Under the pieces are notes generated by a model that was not told where the DNA came from, searched no databases, and worked only from the letters and a program-made list of their open reading frames with translations. 64,000 nucleotides of DNA, taken from an uncultured Gammaproteobacteria bacterium. GTDB lineage: Bacteria; Pseudomonadota; Gammaproteobacteria; Steroidobacterales; Steroidobacteraceae. The DNA lies in the NCBI GenBank assembly GCA_963799885.1, contig CAWCYX010000010.1, forward strand, positions 110,520 to 174,519, given 5' to 3'. Position numbers and translations under genes: made by a program. Of this stretch, positions 11,478-20,801 are shown piece by piece; the stretch's first letter is position 1; the number at the start of each line of letters is the position of its first letter.

Positions 11478-14137
11478 ACGCCCGCAATACCTTCCTCGAT
11501 CCACCCGCCGATTGGGACTACCTGACGGCCGCACCGGACGCCCTGCAAGGCGGACAATTCTCTCCCATCATCTTCCGCCAGGTGCTGGACCGCGGCACCG
11601 AATTGCTGAAAGAACGTTTCGTCGCCGATGAAGCCATCGAAGACCTGGTGCGCGACCGCGCCCGGCTGGTAGACATCGCGCTGCGCGCCGCGTGGATCCG
11701 CCACGCGGGCAAATTCGCGGACGATCTGGCGCTCGTGGCGGTGGGCGGCTATGGCCGCGGCGAGCTGCATCCGAGCTCCGACATCGACATCATGGTGCTG
11801 CTGCCGAAGAGCGATTCGGCGGACTGGCAGCCCGATATCGAGCGGTTTCTCACCTTTCTCTGGGACATCGGCCTGGAAGTCGGGCACAGCGTGCGCTCCA
11901 TCGACGACTGTCAGCGCGAGAGCCTGGCCGACATCAGCGTCGCGACCACGCTGTTCGAAGCGCGGCTCCTGGCCGGACCGGAATCGCTGTTCGCCGGCAT
12001 GCGGCGCGCCTTGGCGCAGGACCGCCTCTGGTCGTCGGAGGAGTTCTTCGAGGCCAAGTGCAAGGAGCAATCCGAGCGGCATCACCGCTACTTCGACACG
12101 GCCTACAACCTCGAACCCAACGTCAAATCGAGTCCGGGCGGCTTACGCGACATTCAGACCATCGGCTGGGTCGCAAAGCGCCACTTCGGGACCGACACGC
12201 TCGATGAACTGGTGGCGCATGGATTTCTCACCCGCGAAGAATTGCGCAAACTGAAGGCCGGCCAATCGTTCCTGTGGAGGGTTCGCTTCGGACTGCACGT
12301 GCTCACCGGCCGTCGCGAAGACCGGCTGTTGTTCGACTACCAGATCAAACTGGCGAAGCTGTTCGGCTATGAGGACGCGAGCTTCACGCTGGCGGTCGAG
12401 CAGTTGATGCAGAAGTATTACCGCACCGTGATGGACATCAGCTTGCTCAACGAAATGCTGCTGCAGCTGTTTCGCGAGGCGATCCTCACCCAGAGCGCGC
12501 CGCCGCAGCCCATCAATCCCCGCTTCCAGATCCGCAACGACTATCTGGAAGTCACTCATCCCGAAGTTTTCGCCCGCTATCCGTCGGCCCTGCTGGAACT
12601 CTTCGTGCTTCTGCAGCAGCATCCGGAATTGCGCGGCGTACGCGCCGAAACGATTCGGCTGATCGGGACGCACGTCTGGCTGATCGACGAGGAATTCCGT
12701 CAGAACCCGCGCCACCACCGCCTGTTCATGGAGATCCTGTGCGCGCCCGTGGGCGTGACGCACGAACTGCGACGCATGAATCTGTACGGCGTGCTCGGCC
12801 GCTACATCCCGTCCTTCGGACGGGTGGTCGGCCGGATGCAGTACGACCTGTTCCATGCGTACACGGTGGACGCACATACTTTGTTCGTCGTGAGCAACCT
12901 GCGCCGTTTGGCAATCCCGAAGTTCAACGACGAGTTCCCGAGATTGAGCCAGATCATGCAGTCGCTGCCGCGCCAGGAACTAGCCTACCTTGCTGCCCTG
13001 TTTCACGATATCGCCAAGGGTCGCGGCGGCGATCATTCGGAACTGGGTGCGGTCGACGCCGAGGCCTTCTGCCTGGAACAGGGACTCGGTCGCTACGAGG
13101 CCAGACTCGTCGCGTGGCTGGTGCGCAATCATCTCATCCTGTCCATCACCTCGCAGAAAAAGGACATCAGCGACCCGGACATCATCCATGCATTCGCGCA
13201 CCAGGTCGGCGATCAGGCACACCTGGATTACCTGTATGTATTGACGGTGGCGGACGTTCGCGGCACGAACCCGAAGCTGTGGAATGCCTGGAAGGCGCGG
13301 TTGTTCGAGGAATTCTACGAGCGCACCAAACGCGCGCTGCGCCGCGGACTCGAGACGCCGGTCGATCAGGATGAGCTCATCCGCGAGACGCAGGCGCATG
13401 CACGCGAGAAGATGGCAGGCATACCGGAAGCGCGGATCGCAGCCGTGTGGTCGCAATGGACCGAGGCGTACTTTCTGCGCTACACGCCGGAGGAGATTGC
13501 CTGGCAGACGAGCGTGCTGGCCGGCCGCGACCCGCACGACGAGTCGCCGTTCGTCGCCATCCGCCAGCTCGCCGACCGCGGTGGAACCGTCGTTCTCACG
13601 TATACGCCCTATGGCCTGCACAGCTTTGCGCGCACCACCGCCGTTCTGGATCAAATGGGCCTCAATGTCGTCGATGCGCGCCTCATCACCAGCGCCAATG
13701 GCTTCAGTCTGGAGACCTACGTCGTACTGGAGGACAACGGCACGGTCATCGCCGACTCCGAACGGTTGGAGGAAATCGAACGCGGTCTGTGGCGGAACCT
13801 CAAGCAACCCGAGGATTCGCCGCTCATCGTGACGCGCCGCGCGCCGCGCCAGGTGCGCATGTTCTCGACGCCGACGCAAGTCAATTTCAGCCTGGATTCG
13901 CGCAACGATCGGACCATCCTGGAATTGATCGCCGCCGACCGGCCCGGTCTCTTGTCCGAGGTCGGGAAAGTGTTCAAGGCCGAGGATATTTCCATCAACG
14001 GCGCGAAGATCATGACGGTGGGCGAGCGCGCCGAGGACGTCTTCTACATCACTGATTCGCAGGATCGGACGCTGGACGACGAGGCCTGCCGGCGAGTTCA
14101 AGACGCGTTGGTGCGCGGGCTCGATCGCCGCAACTAA
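11474..14137 (+). CDS. glnD: [Protein-PII] uridylyltransferase/uridylyl-removing enzyme
   Basis: Track ORF is 11345-14137, but its first 43 codons overlap map. I place the start at TTG 11474, which overlaps the map TGA. Motifs: GGYGRGELHPSSDIDIMVL (nucleotidyltransferase), the HD region AALFHDIAKGRGGDHSELG, and two ACT-like C-terminal repeats. Confidence 0.9.
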   Translation: MNARNTFLDPPADWDYLTAAPDALQGGQFSPIIFRQVLDRGTELLKERFVADEAIEDLVRDRARLVDIALRAAWIRHAGKFADDLALVAVGGYGRGELHPSSDIDIMVLLPKSDSADWQPDIERFLTFLWDIGLEVGHSVRSIDDCQRESLADISVATTLFEARLLAGPESLFAGMRRALAQDRLWSSEEFFEAKCKEQSERHHRYFDTAYNLEPNVKSSPGGLRDIQTIGWVAKRHFGTDTLDELVAHGFLTREELRKLKAGQSFLWRVRFGLHVLTGRREDRLLFDYQIKLAKLFGYEDASFTLAVEQLMQKYYRTVMDISLLNEMLLQLFREAILTQSAPPQPINPRFQIRNDYLEVTHPEVFARYPSALLELFVLLQQHPELRGVRAETIRLIGTHVWLIDEEFRQNPRHHRLFMEILCAPVGVTHELRRMNLYGVLGRYIPSFGRVVGRMQYDLFHAYTVDAHTLFVVSNLRRLAIPKFNDEFPRLSQIMQSLPRQELAYLAALFHDIAKGRGGDHSELGAVDAEAFCLEQGLGRYEARLVAWLVRNHLILSITSQKKDISDPDIIHAFAHQVGDQAHLDYLYVLTVADVRGTNPKLWNAWKARLFEEFYERTKRALRRGLETPVDQDELIRETQAHAREKMAGIPEARIAAVWSQWTEAYFLRYTPEEIAWQTSVLAGRDPHDESPFVAIRQLADRGGTVVLTYTPYGLHSFARTTAVLDQMGLNVVDARLITSANGFSLETYVVLEDNGTVIADSERLEEIERGLWRNLKQPEDSPLIVTRRAPRQVRMFSTPTQVNFSLDSRNDRTILELIAADRPGLLSEVGKVFKAEDISINGAKIMTVGERAEDVFYITDSQDRTLDDEACRRVQDALVRGLDRRN

Positions 14138-14155
14138 TTTCGCGGAGACCACACG

Positions 14156-14983
14156 TTGTACAGCAATCTACGCGCGACCATCGAGGCCGCCTATGAACGG
14201 CGGACGCAAATCACGCCGCAGTCCACCACGCCCGAGGTGGGCAACGCGGTCGAGACCGCCGTCGAACTGCTCGACGCAGGAACGTTGCGGGTCGCCGAGC
14301 GGCGAGGCGCCGTGTGGACTGTCCATGAGTGGCTGAAGAAGGCGGTGTTGCTGTCCTTCCGGATCGCCTCGAACGTTCCGCAGTCGGCCGGCGCCCTTTC
14401 GTTCTATGACAAGGTGCCGCTCAAATACACCGGCTGGGACGAACCGCGGTTCGCAGCGGCCGGCGTGCGCGTCGTGCCGCCGGCCACGGTGCGGCGCGGC
14501 GCATATGTCGCGCCCAATGTGGTGCTGATGCCCAGCTACGTGAATATTGGCGCGTATGTCGACTCGGGCAGCATGGTCGATACGTGGGCCACCGTCGGCT
14601 CCTGCGCGCAGATCGGCAAGAACGTGCACTTGTCCGGCGGAGTCGGCATCGGCGGCGTCCTGGAGCCGCTACAGGCCAGTCCCACCATCATCGAGGACGA
14701 CTGCTTCATCGGCGCCCGCTCCGAGATCGTCGAGGGCGTAATCGTCGAGACGGGCGCCGTGATTTCCATGGGGGTGTTCATCGGCCAGAGCACCCGCATC
14801 TACGATCGGGAGCGCGATGAGATCCTCTACGGCCGGGTACCGGCCGGCGCGGTCGTGGTACCCGGCACGTTGCCGGCGGCCAACGGGAAATACGGCCTGG
14901 CGTGCGCCGTGATCGTCAAGCGTGTGGACGCACAGACGCGGGCTAAAACATCGCTGAACGAGTTGCTGCGGAACACCGACTAA
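14156..14983 (+). CDS. dapD: Tetrahydrodipicolinate N-succinyltransferase
   Basis: 275 aa. Left-handed beta-helix hexapeptide region [64 protein letters not shown]. Synteny with glnD supports the call. Confidence 0.9.
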   Translation: MYSNLRATIEAAYERRTQITPQSTTPEVGNAVETAVELLDAGTLRVAERRGAVWTVHEWLKKAVLLSFRIASNVPQSAGALSFYDKVPLKYTGWDEPRFAAAGVRVVPPATVRRGAYVAPNVVLMPSYVNIGAYVDSGSMVDTWATVGSCAQIGKNVHLSGGVGIGGVLEPLQASPTIIEDDCFIGARSEIVEGVIVETGAVISMGVFIGQSTRIYDRERDEILYGRVPAGAVVVPGTLPAANGKYGLACAVIVKRVDAQTRAKTSLNELLRNTD

Positions 14984-15114
14984 ACGCGCGGAACTGCGAC
15001 AACACTGTTGTGTATGCCGGAACTGCGGGGGCGCAGCGGTGTTCCGACACGGTGTGGAGGTGCATCCGCGTTGCATCGGCGGCAGGTAAGCGATTCTCGT
15101 ATCGAGGTGCATTC

Positions 15115-15626
15115 ATGCGTAATCGGCCACCGTTGCTTTGCATTGCCGCAAGCCTTGCCGCTCTCGGTCTGGGTATTTCGGGAATTTCCGACACGCGTGC
15201 AGCGGCTACCCGCAACATGGGGGATGGCGCCGTCCCGATGGGTACTTCGGCCGCGGTTGGAATCGGGGCGGCTGGGGCGCATTGGGGTACGGACTCTATT
15301 TCTCGGCGCTGCCTTGGAATTGCGACCTCTACTACTGGGGTGGGGTGCCCTACTACTACGCGGACGACACATACTACGAATGGAATGGGACCGCCGGTGC
15401 GTACGAGTCTGTCCGCCCGCCTCCTGGCCGTGCCGACCAGGTTGCGGCTCAAGAGCCAGTCGTGACGGAGCTGTTCGTATTTCCAAATGACGGCCAGACG
15501 AACGAGCAGATGGACCGCGATCGAACAGAATGCCATCAATGGGCTGCAGAGGTCCGTCCGTTTGGTCAGGTCTCATGGCCGCGAACCGGCCATGAGACTC
15601 CTGAACTGGTCGGATGCATCGATTAG
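15115..15626 (+). pseudogene. Degraded copy 1 of the secreted Gly/Tyr-rich protein family (frame change, C-terminal module missing)
   Basis: The signal peptide MRNRPPLLCIAASLAALGLGISG (ATG 15115) is in the frame of ORF 15010-15465. The family core GYFGRGWNRGGWGALGYGLYFSALPW...GGVPYYYADDTYYEWNG...YESVRPPP...LFVFPNDGQTNEQMDRDRTECHQWAAE is in the frame of ORF 15138-15626. After ECHQWAAE no frame encodes the ACL(E/D)GRxYSV end found in copies 2 and 3. Confidence 0.55.
15570..15598. terminator. 12-bp-stem hairpin between convergent genes (candidate porin terminator, no U-tract)
   Basis: GTCTCATGGCCG-cgaac-CGGCCATGAGAC read directly. It starts 25 nt after the porin stop on the minus strand. No T-run follows on either strand, so it is not a canonical intrinsic terminator. 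Confidence 0.3.
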
Positions 15627-17086
15627 AAGGAGAACCGCGCGCCGATGGTCGGATCGATCATGGTCGTGTTCAGGTACCCGTTGGCGAGGCCATGCGACAC
15701 GTTCGACCACATGGCGCCTGCGTAGGCGTCGAAGCGCTTGGTGAAGCGATAGTCGACCGACACGGATACCGCGTTGAAGTTTCCGCTGCACGTGCCATGG
15801 GCGTTGCTCGAGCAGCCTGCCTCGGCGCCGGTCGCGTAGGCGAATTGCTTTTCTCCGTAATAGGCAATTGCGGCGGTGAACTGCGGTGTCACCGAATACC
15901 GGGCGCCCGCCCAATAGACGTTCAGCTGCTTATCGGCCTTGGCATAGGCGGTATTGTTCACCGCTCCCAGGGTGTATCCGCCGATATCATCGAATCCCGC
16001 AACCAATGGGATCGAGGGATTCATGTAAGTGATGTGCTGGAAGCCGCCATACAGAGTCACCGGAACCACGGGGAGCACCGGAGCGAGCGCGTAGGAAGCC
16101 ATGACTCCATAAGAGGCATTGTCCGAGATCGTGCCCGAGACCGAGTTCTGCGAAGAGAGGTTCAACGCCGGCAAGTCCGCCAGCTGCGCGGTGCTCAAGG
16201 TACCCACCGAGACTGCATCGCGCATCTTGGTGTAGAACGCATCGACGGAGGCACCCGCGTACTCCCCACCCAGCGATACCTCGAACCCGGAGAAGGCCTC
16301 GCCGGTGCCGGCGGTCGGATAGTTCTGCGCGGATGAGTTCTGGGTTTTAGCCTGCGCGCCGACGTGCACCATGCCGAGGAAGTTGCCGACGTACTTGATC
16401 GAGCTGTCGAGGCGGCGGTCCTGCGTATCGCCACCTCCGGCCGGAGTCCCGGACAAGCCGAGCAGCGAGAAAGCATAGGAGGTCTGCTGCGGATCGTATT
16501 TGGCTATGAGGTCCGCGAGCGTCGTATTCTGGCGGCCGAATGTGATCGTTCCCCAGGTGGGAGAGCTGAAACCGACGAACGCTTGTTCGAACGGCTGGCC
16601 GGCGATGCTCGAATCGATGTTCGTGCTCTGCGCAGAGAGCGCGCGGCCGTTGTTCTGAGTAACCGATTTGAGGGCGTCGGTGATCTGGCCCGACGCCGGA
16701 TTGAAATAGGTCTCGAGCTTGAACACGGCCGACCAATCCATGAAGTGCAGCGGCTCCTTGCCCTGCAGCCCAACTCGCGACTGGCTCATGCCGTTCGAGG
16801 TGAAGCCGGACACGGCATTGTTGCTGTTCTTCTGCACTATGTCCGAGCCGCCCGAAATGAAGTAGTTGCTGAACGGCGCGCCGTGGGTTTCATACTGGAA
16901 ATCCATGTCGATGATGCCGTAGAGGGTGATGCCGTGCCAGGTCAGGCTTTCGTCCGCCGGTGCCGACGAGCTGGCCGTCGTGGTCTGCGCCTGCGCGGCG
17001 CTTCCCACCGTCAGCAGGGCACAGGCCAGCAGGCTGCCTCCCAGATGCGCAAGATCGCGACGACCGCGGCTCTGATCAAGCTTCAT
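15623..17086 (-). CDS. Outer-membrane porin (Gram-negative general porin family), unusually long
   Basis: Track ORF is 15623-17215. The likely start is ATG 17086 (MKLDQSRGRRDLAHLGGSLLACALLTVGSAAQA, a signal peptide). It has the ITLYGIIDMDFQY first strand, alternating beta-strand pattern and a terminal ...TIGARFSF. Confidence 0.75.
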   Translation of the reverse strand: MKLDQSRGRRDLAHLGGSLLACALLTVGSAAQAQTTTASSSAPADESLTWHGITLYGIIDMDFQYETHGAPFSNYFISGGSDIVQKNSNNAVSGFTSNGMSQSRVGLQGKEPLHFMDWSAVFKLETYFNPASGQITDALKSVTQNNGRALSAQSTNIDSSIAGQPFEQAFVGFSSPTWGTITFGRQNTTLADLIAKYDPQQTSYAFSLLGLSGTPAGGGDTQDRRLDSSIKYVGNFLGMVHVGAQAKTQNSSAQNYPTAGTGEAFSGFEVSLGGEYAGASVDAFYTKMRDAVSVGTLSTAQLADLPALNLSSQNSVSGTISDNASYGVMASYALAPVLPVVPVTLYGGFQHITYMNPSIPLVAGFDDIGGYTLGAVNNTAYAKADKQLNVYWAGARYSVTPQFTAAIAYYGEKQFAYATGAEAGCSSNAHGTCSGNFNAVSVSVDYRFTKRFDAYAGAMWSNVSHGLANGYLNTTMIDPTIGARFSF

Positions 17087-17599
17087 CGCAGTGGCGATGA
17101 TCGAGTTGAAATTTCTCACGTTGAACTCCATCAGTTTTAATACGGTTGTTGCATTAGGGCTACAAGTAAATAGTTGCCAGCTATTCGACCGACACCATTT
17201 TTGATTGGATCGCATCTCGCGGCGCCGTTGGTGGCTTCGAGAGCTCCAGCCATCTAGATTCGTTCGTCCTTGATTGGTTCTGGGCGGATAAAGACTTTAT
17301 CTTTTTCGTGCTTCGTTGCGTTTTCGCCCACGTTGCTTATGAGGGCATCCCCCTATGATTCACCTCGAATATTACAGCTATATGACACGAAATACCATTC
17401 TTGCCACAAAAGACCAGCCATGGAAGTCCGGATATTCCGGCTGCGGGCGGGCAGGGCTGCAGACGCCGTCACCCTGCGCGAAATCGCCGCACTAAAGCCG
17501 GTGTGCCCAATGGGTGGCCATTCGCGAACTGCCATGCATGGCGTGTTTACGACAACTGTGAGCTTGGGGCAAACTTCGCCAGTCGATCGGCGCGAGCGA

Positions 17600-17905
17600 T
17601 TATCGTGAGTTATCGATCGACAGCAGATTCTGCACGTTGCTGACGCCCGCCGCCTGCTCGGCGATGGTTCCAGCCTCGGCGATTTGATAGGGCGTGGATA
17701 CGAGACCCCTCAGATAAACCACGCCTTGGTTGGTCTGGACGCTTATCAGATTCGGACCTCCGAGAGAGGGGCTCTGCGCGAGAAGCGTGCGCACCTCTGC
17801 ACTGATTTTGGCATCCGCAGGGCACTCACGCAGCCCGCACTTGCCGAATTGCGCGCATCCAGCCAGGGCCGCCGCTAGGCAGACGCAAAGCGCCGTGGCG
17901 CGCAT
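17600..17905 (-). CDS. BON-domain lipoprotein (OsmY-like)
   Basis: Within ORF 17600-18028, ATG 17905 gives MRATALCVCLAAALAGC (lipobox). This is followed by ISVQTNQGVVYLRGLVSTPYQIAEAGTIAEQAAGVSNVQNLLSI, the BON pattern. It lies 30 nt after the OM-factor stop. Confidence 0.7.
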   Translation of the reverse strand: MRATALCVCLAAALAGCAQFGKCGLRECPADAKISAEVRTLLAQSPSLGGPNLISVQTNQGVVYLRGLVSTPYQIAEAGTIAEQAAGVSNVQNLLSIDNSR

Positions 17906-17934
17906 CCGCAATGCCGCTAGGTGGCAATCGCCCG

Positions 17935-19467
17935 TCACGGCGCCGAACCCGTCAGCACCCGCCGAAACGCCGCAATGATCGCGGGCTGCGGTCGCCGGAT
18001 GGCCGGAACGGATTGATAGTTCTGCCACCCGCCGCCGAGGCTCCTATACAGCTGCACAAACTGCTCGCCCTGGGCCACCTGCGCCTCGGCGTACTGCTCC
18101 TGCAGATCATAAAATTGGCGTTCGGCGTCGACGACATTGAGGAAATCCGTCAGGCCGCGATTGTAGCGAGAGGTCGCCAACTCGACGGCGCGTTGACCTG
18201 CCATCATTGCGCCGGTTAGCTTCTCCATGCGCACCTGTTGGGCCTGATAGGCATCGAGAGACGTATCCACCTGCTGCACTGCGTTCAAGATGGACTTCCG
18301 GTAATTCACCAGGCTCACGCGAGCGGCCAATTGCGCGATGTCGACCTGCGCATCGAGTGCTCCGAAGTCGAGAAACGGCCACACGGCGCCCGGTCCGAAT
18401 GACCAAATATGCTTGCTGACGCCGGGGGTGGTCCCCCACCCCTGTCCCTGGCTGCCGATCGAACCGACCAGGGCGACCTGGGGAAAAAGATTGGCGGTTG
18501 CCACGCCGATACGCGCGGTCGCTGCCGCGAGCTCGCGCTCCGCCACCTGGATATCCGGTCGACGCTTCAACAGGTCGAGCGGAACGCCCGGTGGTGTGGG
18601 CGCCGGCATCGTGGGAATGAGATCGAGTTTCGAGAGCTCTTGAACCATGTTCTCCGGATATTCGCCGACCAGCACCGCCAGCGTGTATTGCGCGGCATTC
18701 ACCTCGGCTTCCACCGGGGCGACCTGCGCTTCGAGCGTCGCGAGTTCCCGGGTGGCGAGCGCCACATCGAGCTCGTTCGTAATGCCGCGCTCATAGCGAA
18801 TCTTGACGATGCGCACCGACTCGCGCAGCACATCGCTCGCGCTGTGCAAGATGCGGGCACGCACCTGGAGTCCGCGAAGATCAACGTAAGCGCGCACCAC
18901 GTCGGCTACCACGGAGATGAGCACGTCGTAGCGCGCGGCGCGCGCCGCTTCGGTTTCGGCCCGCGCTGCCTGGAACTCCCGGCGGAATTTGCCGAAGAGG
19001 TCGAGTTCCCAGACGGCATCGAACCCGGCGATCGTGTTGATGTGTTGCAGGCCCGCGCCATTGTCTGCGGATCTCAGCCCTTGGTCGGCGCGCCCCTTGG
19101 TGAGGTCGCTTCCCGTGCCCCGCCCGGCCGCAGCGCTTGCCTCCACGTCCGGCAGTGCATATCCGAGCATCACCGCCTCGTAGGTGCGGGCCTGCTGCAA
19201 TCGATCCAGCGCGATTTCGAGGTCCAGATTAGACTTGACCGCTCGATCGATGAGCGAATTCAGTTCCCCGTCATTCAAAGCGCGCCACCAGGTGGCCAAT
19301 TCCGGCGGGGAGGCGGCGGGTTGACTGCCCGATCCCGGCGAATTCGCGTCAACTTTTGCGGCGAAGTCGGCAGGCTCATCGGGTTGTGGAACGCGGTACG
19401 CGGGGCCGGCCGCACAGGCCGCCAAACTTGCGACCAACCCCAAAACCATGAACTGTGACGCTTTCAC
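17935..19467 (-). CDS. RND efflux outer-membrane factor lipoprotein (NodT/OprM family)
   Basis: 510 aa. Lipobox LVASLAAC, two repeated alpha/beta halves, and the typical C-terminus QLYRSLGGGW. Confidence 0.88.
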   Translation of the reverse strand: MKASQFMVLGLVASLAACAAGPAYRVPQPDEPADFAAKVDANSPGSGSQPAASPPELATWWRALNDGELNSLIDRAVKSNLDLEIALDRLQQARTYEAVMLGYALPDVEASAAAGRGTGSDLTKGRADQGLRSADNGAGLQHINTIAGFDAVWELDLFGKFRREFQAARAETEAARAARYDVLISVVADVVRAYVDLRGLQVRARILHSASDVLRESVRIVKIRYERGITNELDVALATRELATLEAQVAPVEAEVNAAQYTLAVLVGEYPENMVQELSKLDLIPTMPAPTPPGVPLDLLKRRPDIQVAERELAAATARIGVATANLFPQVALVGSIGSQGQGWGTTPGVSKHIWSFGPGAVWPFLDFGALDAQVDIAQLAARVSLVNYRKSILNAVQQVDTSLDAYQAQQVRMEKLTGAMMAGQRAVELATSRYNRGLTDFLNVVDAERQFYDLQEQYAEAQVAQGEQFVQLYRSLGGGWQNYQSVPAIRRPQPAIIAAFRRVLTGSAP

Positions 19468-19478
19468 AGGATCGCCTT

Positions 19479-20801
19479 TCAGCGCTTCGCGGCAAGGTGT
19501 TTGCCGTCGGCATCGGGCTCGTTGACGGCCACCGTTTGACCCGATGCTATTTGGCTGCTGATGTTCAATACCAGTTTGTCGCCCGGATGCGCACCCGAGC
19601 CAAGTTCGACCAAGCTTCCGTTATCGCGGGCGATCGAAACATCATGAAATTGGATCTTGCCGCTGGCGTCGACCTGCGCAACCTGGGTGCCGCTCGCGCG
19701 AAATATCAATGCCGCGGCAGGCACTTCCACCAACCCGCGAGGCGGCAGCCTGAACGCGATGTTCACGTACATTCCGGGCACCAGCGCGTGGTTGGCATTG
19801 GGCATGTCAACCTCCACTCGCATGGTGCGGGCCTGAGCGCTGATGGATTCCGCGGACCGCGCTATTTTTCCCGAGAAGACACCACCCACGGCACCGGTTG
19901 CGCGAATTTCGGCCGGCGCACCCGCGTTCATGAATTCCCCGGAGGCGCTCTGCGGCACGTCGACGAAAATGCGCAACGGATCGGTCTGCGCCATGCGGTA
20001 CAGCGGCGTGGTCGTCGTGGTACTGCCGGCCGTCACCAGGTTGCCAATGTCGATCTTGCGTTCGGTAATGGTTCCATCGAAGGGTGCCTTGACTTGTTTG
20101 AATTCCGCCAATGCGCTGTATTGGTCGACCTTGGACTTGTCCAGGTTCACTTGTGCATTGCTCGCATAGAGACGCGCCTCGGCACTTTCGTAATCCGCTT
20201 TCTTGGCTTCGCGCTCCTGTTCGGACACCACCCCCTTGGGGGAATCGCGCCAGCGTTCGTTGGTCGTCCTGCTGAATTCGGCTTCGGCCTTACGCGCTGT
20301 CACTTGCGACTCCGACGCCTTGAGCTGCGCTCGAGCCGCCTCCAGCTCGGCATCGAGTTCAGGTGTCTCAATGAGCGCGAGGACCTGGCCCTTTTTGACG
20401 TGATCGCCAATGTCCACCAGCCAGTTCGCCACATAGCCGTTGATGCGCGCGTAAATCGTCGTTTCATACCACGCCGCCGTCTCGCCCGGAAGCACCAGAT
20501 CCTGTCCCTCGCTCGCCGGCCGCGCGATCACCACATCCACCGGCGGTGGCGCCGCATACGCGGCTTCTCCGGCCTTCGCGACGGCGTGCGCGTGAAGATA
20601 GCGGAGGGCGATCACTACGACAAAACAAACCAAGAGTAACGCTACCGCAATGCCGACGGCCCTCTTTGTGCGCCGACCCGTCTCGGGAGCAAAACTGGTC
20701 GACACCTCATGGTGTTCCTGGCGCGACACCTCGTCGGGAAACTGGCTGCGAGACGAATCCTCACTTGGAGGCGGTGTCGCGGGTTTTTCATGCGATAGCA
20801 T
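19479..20801 (-). CDS. RND efflux periplasmic adaptor (membrane fusion protein), TM-anchored
   Basis: 440 aa. About 45-aa cytoplasmic tail, then TM AVGIAVALLLVCFVVVIAL, then the lipoyl/hairpin pattern YARINGYVANWLVDIGDHVKKGQVLALIETPELDAELEAARAQL. The start overlaps the permease end by 14 nt. Confidence 0.88.
   Translation of the reverse strand: MLSHEKPATPPPSEDSSRSQFPDEVSRQEHHEVSTSFAPETGRRTKRAVGIAVALLLVCFVVVIALRYLHAHAVAKAGEAAYAAPPPVDVVIARPASEGQDLVLPGETAAWYETTIYARINGYVANWLVDIGDHVKKGQVLALIETPELDAELEAARAQLKASESQVTARKAEAEFSRTTNERWRDSPKGVVSEQEREAKKADYESAEARLYASNAQVNLDKSKVDQYSALAEFKQVKAPFDGTITERKIDIGNLVTAGSTTTTTPLYRMAQTDPLRIFVDVPQSASGEFMNAGAPAEIRATGAVGGVFSGKIARSAESISAQARTMRVEVDMPNANHALVPGMYVNIAFRLPPRGLVEVPAAALIFRASGTQVAQVDASGKIQFHDVSIARDNGSLVELGSGAHPGDKLVLNISSQIASGQTVAVNEPDADGKHLAAKR

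Noticed and set aside
17216-17599. 385-bp gene-free, AT-richer region upstream of the porin, inspected for tRNA, sRNA or small ORFs.
   Set aside because: I could recognise no cloverleaf-like structure, no conserved repeat, and no convincing SD-preceded ORF. It is most simply the porin promoter/leader region.
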